IMG/VR virus record: IMGVR_UViG_2617271049_000016
From: a virus
Lineage: Duplodnaviria > Heunggongvirae > Uroviricota > Caudoviricetes
Length of the DNA: 21,678 bases
Strand: one strand, 5' to 3'
The stretch's first letter is position 1; the number at the start of each line of letters is the position of its first letter. The notes beneath the pieces are model-generated. The model saw only the letters and a program-made list of their open reading frames with translations, searched no databases and was not told the DNA's origin. Shown here one piece after another: positions 17,565 through 21,678 of the stretch. Made by a program: the position numbers and the translations under genes.

Positions 17565-20039
17565 ATGAGTAAAGTCTTTATTTGCGCCGCTATTCCTGAC
17601 GAACTGGCAACAAGGGAAGAAGGCGCTGTGGCTGTAGCCACAGCCATTGAAGCTGGCGACGAACGCCGTGCTCGAGCAAAATTTCACTGGCAATTCCTGG
17701 AACATTATCCGGCTGCTCAGGACTGCGCTTATAAATTTATTGTCTGCGAGGATAAACCTGGCATACCCCGCCCTGCCCTCGATTCATGGGATGCTGAATA
17801 TATGCAGGAAAACCGCTGGGATGAGGAGTCTGCTTCTTTTGTCCCGGTTGAGACTGAATCCGATCCGATGAACGTCACTTTTGACAAGCTGGCCCCTGAA
17901 GTACAGAACGCTGTCATGGTTAAGTTCGACACATGTGAAAACATCACCGTTGATATGGTTATTAGCGCACAGGAATTGTTGCAGGAAGACATGGCAACAT
18001 TCGACGGACATATCGTTGAAGCGTTGATGAAAATGCCAGAAGTTAACGCCATGTATCCGGAGCTTAAGTTGCACGCCATTGGGTGGGTTAAGCATAAATG
18101 TATTCCTGGTGCTAAATGGCCCGAAATTCAGGCAGAGATGCGCATCTGGAAAAAACGTCGCGAAGGTGAACGCAAGGAAACCGGAAAATACACGTCTGTT
18201 GTTGATCTCGCCCGCGCCAGAGCCAATCAACAGTACACTGAAAATTCAACAGGAAAAATCAGCCCGGTCATTGCTGCCATTCATCGCGAATACAAGCAGA
18301 CATGGAAAACACTGGATGACGAACTGGCCTACGCTCTCTGGCCTAGTGATGTGGATGCCGGAAACATTGACGGCAGCATCCATCGCTGGGCAAAAAAAGA
18401 AGTTATCGACAACGACCGCGAAGACTGGAAGCGTATCTCGGCATCAATGCGCAAACAGCCTGATGCCCTTCGCTACGACCGCCAAACTATTTTTGGCCTT
18501 GTCCGTGAGCGTCCGATCGACATTCACAAAGNNNNNNNNNNAGCACTGAACAAATATATCTGCGAATACCTGACGACAAAGGGCGTGTTTGAGAATGAAG
18601 AAACAGACCTGGGCACTGTTGATGTTCTCCAGTCATCAGAAACACAAACTGATGCAGTGGAAACTGAGGTATCTGATATCCCAAAAAATGAAACCGCGCC
18701 GGAAGCTGAACCATCTGTAGAGCGTGAGGGGCCGTTCTATTTCCTCTTCGCAGATAAGGACGGAGAAAAATACGGTCGCGCAAACAAACTCTCTGGTCTG
18801 GATAAGGCACTGGCTGCTGGCGCCACTGAAATCACAAAAGAAGAATATTTTGCCCGAAAAAATGGCACATACACGGGCTTACCGCAAAATGTAGATACCG
18901 CTGAAGATTCAGAACAACCAGAGCCGATAAAAGTTACCGCTGACGAAGTAAACAAAATTATGCAGGCAGCCAATATCAGCCAGCCTGACGCCGATAAGTT
19001 GCTTGCTGCATCACGTGGTGAATTTGTTGAAGGGATTAGTGACCCGAATGATCCGAAATGGGTTAAGGGGCTCCAGACCCGCGATTCTGTGAACCAGAAC
19101 CAGCATGAATCGGAACGGAACTACCAAAAAGCGGAACAAAACAGTCCAAATGCGTTACAAAACGAGCCAGAAACGAAACAGCCTGAACCAGTAGCGCAAC
19201 AGGAAGTGGAAAAAGTCTGCACCGCCTGCGGTCAGACCGGCGGCGGCAACTGCCCTGATTGTGGCGCGGTGATGGGCGACGCAACATACCAAGAAACATT
19301 CGATGAAGAGTATCAGGTTGAAGTTCAGGAAGATGATCCGGAGGAAATGGAAGGCGCTGAACATCCACACAAGGAGAACACTGGCGGCAATCAGCATCAC
19401 AATAGCGATAATGAAACTGGCGAGACGGCAGATCACCCAATTAAGGTGAACGGTCATCACGAAATCACATCCACCAGCAGGACGTGTGACCATCTAATGA
19501 TCGACCTTGAAACCATGGGAAAAAATCCTGATGCCCCGATCATCTCAATAGGTGCAATATTTTTCGATCCGCAAACCGGAGATATGGGACCGGAATTTAG
19601 TAAGACTATCGATCTGGAAACTGCTGGCGGAGTCATTGATCGGGACACCATTAAATGGTGGCTTAAGCAATCACGCGAAGCGCAATCTGCCATTATGACC
19701 GATGAAATCCCGTTAGATGATGCACTGTTACAATTGCGAGAATTTATCGACGAAAACTCCGGTGAATTTTTTGTTCAGGTTTGGGGAAATGGAGCCAACT
19801 TCGACAACACGATTTTGCGCCGTTCATACGAACGGCAGGGGATCCCCTGCCCGTGGCGTTACTACAACGATCGCGATGTACGCACAATCGTTGAGCTGGG
19901 GAAAGCCATAGACTTCGATGCCAGAACGGCTATTCCATTCGAAGGTGAGCGCCATAATGCACTTGATGACGCCCGTTACCAGGCAAAATACGTTTCAGTT
20001 ATCTGGCAAAAACTGATCCCGAGTCAGGCTGATTCTTAA
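17565..20039 (+). CDS. ydfE: Large prophage exonuclease-family protein (824 aa): YdfE-like N-terminal domain, RecE-like acidic linker with a Cys4 zinc ribbon, C-terminal DEDDh (DnaQ-like) 3'-5' exonuclease domain; contains a 10-N gap
   Basis: ATG at 17565 with GAGG 9 nt upstream. C-terminal motifs MIDLETMG (Exo I), VWGNGANFD (Exo II) and [13 protein letters not shown] (Exo III). [31 protein letters not shown] resembles the RecE linker as I recall it. The frame is maintained across the N-run. Confidence 0.7.
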   Translation: MSKVFICAAIPDELATREEGAVAVATAIEAGDERRARAKFHWQFLEHYPAAQDCAYKFIVCEDKPGIPRPALDSWDAEYMQENRWDEESASFVPVETESDPMNVTFDKLAPEVQNAVMVKFDTCENITVDMVISAQELLQEDMATFDGHIVEALMKMPEVNAMYPELKLHAIGWVKHKCIPGAKWPEIQAEMRIWKKRREGERKETGKYTSVVDLARARANQQYTENSTGKISPVIAAIHREYKQTWKTLDDELAYALWPSDVDAGNIDGSIHRWAKKEVIDNDREDWKRISASMRKQPDALRYDRQTIFGLVRERPIDIHKXXXXALNKYICEYLTTKGVFENEETDLGTVDVLQSSETQTDAVETEVSDIPKNETAPEAEPSVEREGPFYFLFADKDGEKYGRANKLSGLDKALAAGATEITKEEYFARKNGTYTGLPQNVDTAEDSEQPEPIKVTADEVNKIMQAANISQPDADKLLAASRGEFVEGISDPNDPKWVKGLQTRDSVNQNQHESERNYQKAEQNSPNALQNEPETKQPEPVAQQEVEKVCTACGQTGGGNCPDCGAVMGDATYQETFDEEYQVEVQEDDPEEMEGAEHPHKENTGGNQHHNSDNETGETADHPIKVNGHHEITSTSRTCDHLMIDLETMGKNPDAPIISIGAIFFDPQTGDMGPEFSKTIDLETAGGVIDRDTIKWWLKQSREAQSAIMTDEIPLDDALLQLREFIDENSGEFFVQVWGNGANFDNTILRRSYERQGIPCPWRYYNDRDVRTIVELGKAIDFDARTAIPFEGERHNALDDARYQAKYVSVIWQKLIPSQADS
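18531..18540. other. Run of 10 N (assembly gap or masked bases) inside the exonuclease gene
   Basis: Literal n characters in the sequence; the only ambiguous bases in the window. Confidence 0.99.
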
Positions 20040-20111
20040 TGTTCAACTGTCGCCGGTTGTGACTGGTATTCTGCAACCGGCGCTCGTCTGATGTAAGAGA
20101 TAAAGAAATCG

Positions 20112-20363
20112 ATGAGCGAAGTAATCATGATTGTCTCTCCCGGCAAATGGGTATCCGAAGAGCAGTTAATTGCGCTGAAAGGAATAAAAAAAGGTACGTT
20201 AAAAAAGGCCCGGGAAAAATCGTTTATGGAAGGAAGGGAATATAAGCATGTCGCTCATGACGGTATGCCATGGGATAACAGTCCATGCTTTTACAACCTG
20301 GAAGAAATTGATCGCTGGATTGAGCGCCAGGCATCAGCGAGACCAAGACGTCATCTTACTTGA
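20112..20363 (+). CDS. Excisionase (lambda Xis-like, 83 aa)
   Basis: EGREYKHVAHDG resembles the lambda Xis DGREYLFHE region; position immediately upstream of int. Confidence 0.6.
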   Translation: MSEVIMIVSPGKWVSEEQLIALKGIKKGTLKKAREKSFMEGREYKHVAHDGMPWDNSPCFYNLEEIDRWIERQASARPRRHLT

Positions 20364-20397
20364 CTAAAAGCCACACTAACTAATGAGAGAAGTTGAA

Positions 20398-21678
20398 ATG
20401 AAATATCCGACAGGCGTGGAAAACCATGGAGGGAAATTACGTATCTGGTTTGTTTATAAAGACGTAAGAGTCAGGGAAAATCTGGGGGTTCCTGACACAG
20501 CAAAAAACAGGCGCGTTGCAGGTGAACTACGCTCCTCTGTTTGTTACGCAATAAAAACTGGTGTTTTCGACTATGCAAAACAGTTTCCCTCCTCACGCAA
20601 TCTGGAAAAATTTGGTGAGGCCCGACAAGATTTAACCATAAAAGAACTGGCTGAAAAATTTCTGGCACTGAAAGAAACTGAAGTCGCCAAAACATCACTC
20701 AACACATACCGTGCCGTCATCAAAAATATCCTGAGCATAATCGGTGAAAAAAATCTTGCCTCATCGATTAATAAAGAAAAATTACTGGAGGTTCGTAAAG
20801 AGTTACTGACTGGATACCAGATCCCCAAAAGTAACTATATTGTTACACAACCAGGGAGATCGGCTGTAACTGTAAATAATTACATGACAAATCTTAACGC
20901 CGTGTTCCAGTTTGGTGTTGATAACGGTTACCTGGCAGATAATCCGTTTAAGGGGATCTCGCCATTAAAGGAATCAAGAACCATTCCGGATCCTCTTTCG
21001 CGGGAAGAATTTATCCGTCTTATCGATGCGTGCAGAAATCAGCAAGCAAAAAATTTATGGTGTGTTTCTGTTTATACTGGAGTTCGCCCTGGTGAGCTGT
21101 GTGCACTTGGATGGGAGGACATAGATCTGAAAAATGGAACAATGATGATCAGGAGAAATTTAGCAAAAGACCGTTTCACGGTACCAAAAACACAGGCGGG
21201 AACCAATCGGGTCATTCATCTTATTAAGCCAGCAATCGACGCTCTCCGGAGTCAGATGACATTAACGAGACTGAGCAAAGAGCATATCATTGATGTTCAC
21301 CTCAGAGAGTATGGCAGAACAGAAAAACAAAAATGCACCTTTGTTTTTCAACCTGAAGTGTCAGCGAGAGTAAAAAATTATGGTGACCATTTTACCGTTG
21401 ACTCAATAAGGCAGATGTGGGACGCAGCGATAAAACGTGCCGGACTCCGCCATCGAAAATCATATCAGTCGAGACATACTTATGCCTGCTGGTCGCTGAC
21501 AGCTGGTGCTAACCCGGCATTTATAGCAAACCAGATGGGCCATGCAGATGCGCAAATGGTATTTCAGGTATACGGAAAATGGATGTCTGAAAACAATAAT
21601 GCACAGGTAGCTTTGTTAAATACACAGTTAAGCGAGTTTGCCCCAACCATGCCCCATAACGAAGCAATGAAAAATTAA
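20398..21678 (+). CDS. intQ: Tyrosine site-specific integrase (426 aa from ATG at 20398), apparently intact, stop at window end
   Basis: Catalytic signature ...YTGVRPGEL..., ...SRHTYACW... and ...MGHADAQMVFQVYGKWM...; terminal position reading toward the presumed att site outside the window. Confidence 0.8.
   Translation: MKYPTGVENHGGKLRIWFVYKDVRVRENLGVPDTAKNRRVAGELRSSVCYAIKTGVFDYAKQFPSSRNLEKFGEARQDLTIKELAEKFLALKETEVAKTSLNTYRAVIKNILSIIGEKNLASSINKEKLLEVRKELLTGYQIPKSNYIVTQPGRSAVTVNNYMTNLNAVFQFGVDNGYLADNPFKGISPLKESRTIPDPLSREEFIRLIDACRNQQAKNLWCVSVYTGVRPGELCALGWEDIDLKNGTMMIRRNLAKDRFTVPKTQAGTNRVIHLIKPAIDALRSQMTLTRLSKEHIIDVHLREYGRTEKQKCTFVFQPEVSARVKNYGDHFTVDSIRQMWDAAIKRAGLRHRKSYQSRHTYACWSLTAGANPAFIANQMGHADAQMVFQVYGKWMSENNNAQVALLNTQLSEFAPTMPHNEAMKN

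Noticed and set aside
17729-19693. Minus-strand ORFs inside the exonuclease gene (17729-18079, 17784-18230, 18487-18973, 19063-19693)
   Set aside because: Antisense shadow frames of a long gene with clear domain signatures.

Overview
The window reads as a degraded, mosaic lambdoid cryptic prophage of the E. coli Qin type, running from a tail/late end (left) to the integrase end (right). Protein identities and K-12 synteny are from memory and by-eye translation; no searches were run. Left (minus strand): the C-terminal receptor-binding part of a side tail fibre gene and a lambda gpL-like tail gene, separated by an IS110-family (DEDD) transposase gene that has no stop codon and runs in-frame into the tail-fibre sequence. 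This chimeric ORF is open from 1701 to position 1 and continues off the window. Middle: a Qin-like block of ynfO, ydfO, gnsB, ynfN, cspI, Rz/Rz1, endolysin, ydfR, S21-type holin, cspB, cspF, antiterminator Q, ydfU, rem, hokD, relE, relB, ydfV and flxA. relE appears to carry a 7-bp frameshifting deletion while relB and hokD look intact. Right: a disrupted rve-type transposase, about 1.6 kb of short decayed ORFs (two with in-frame TAG codons), a truncated methyltransferase-like gene, then a plus-strand early operon of dicB, ydfD, a large DEDDh-exonuclease gene, xis and int ending at the window edge. No DicA/DicC repressor pair or dicF was found upstream of dicB. A 10-N gap sits inside the exonuclease gene. 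No rRNA, tRNA or CRISPR array was seen. I did not find a clearly novel system; the strongest candidates are the transposase/tail-fibre fusion, the relE lesion and the amber-interrupted ORF pair.
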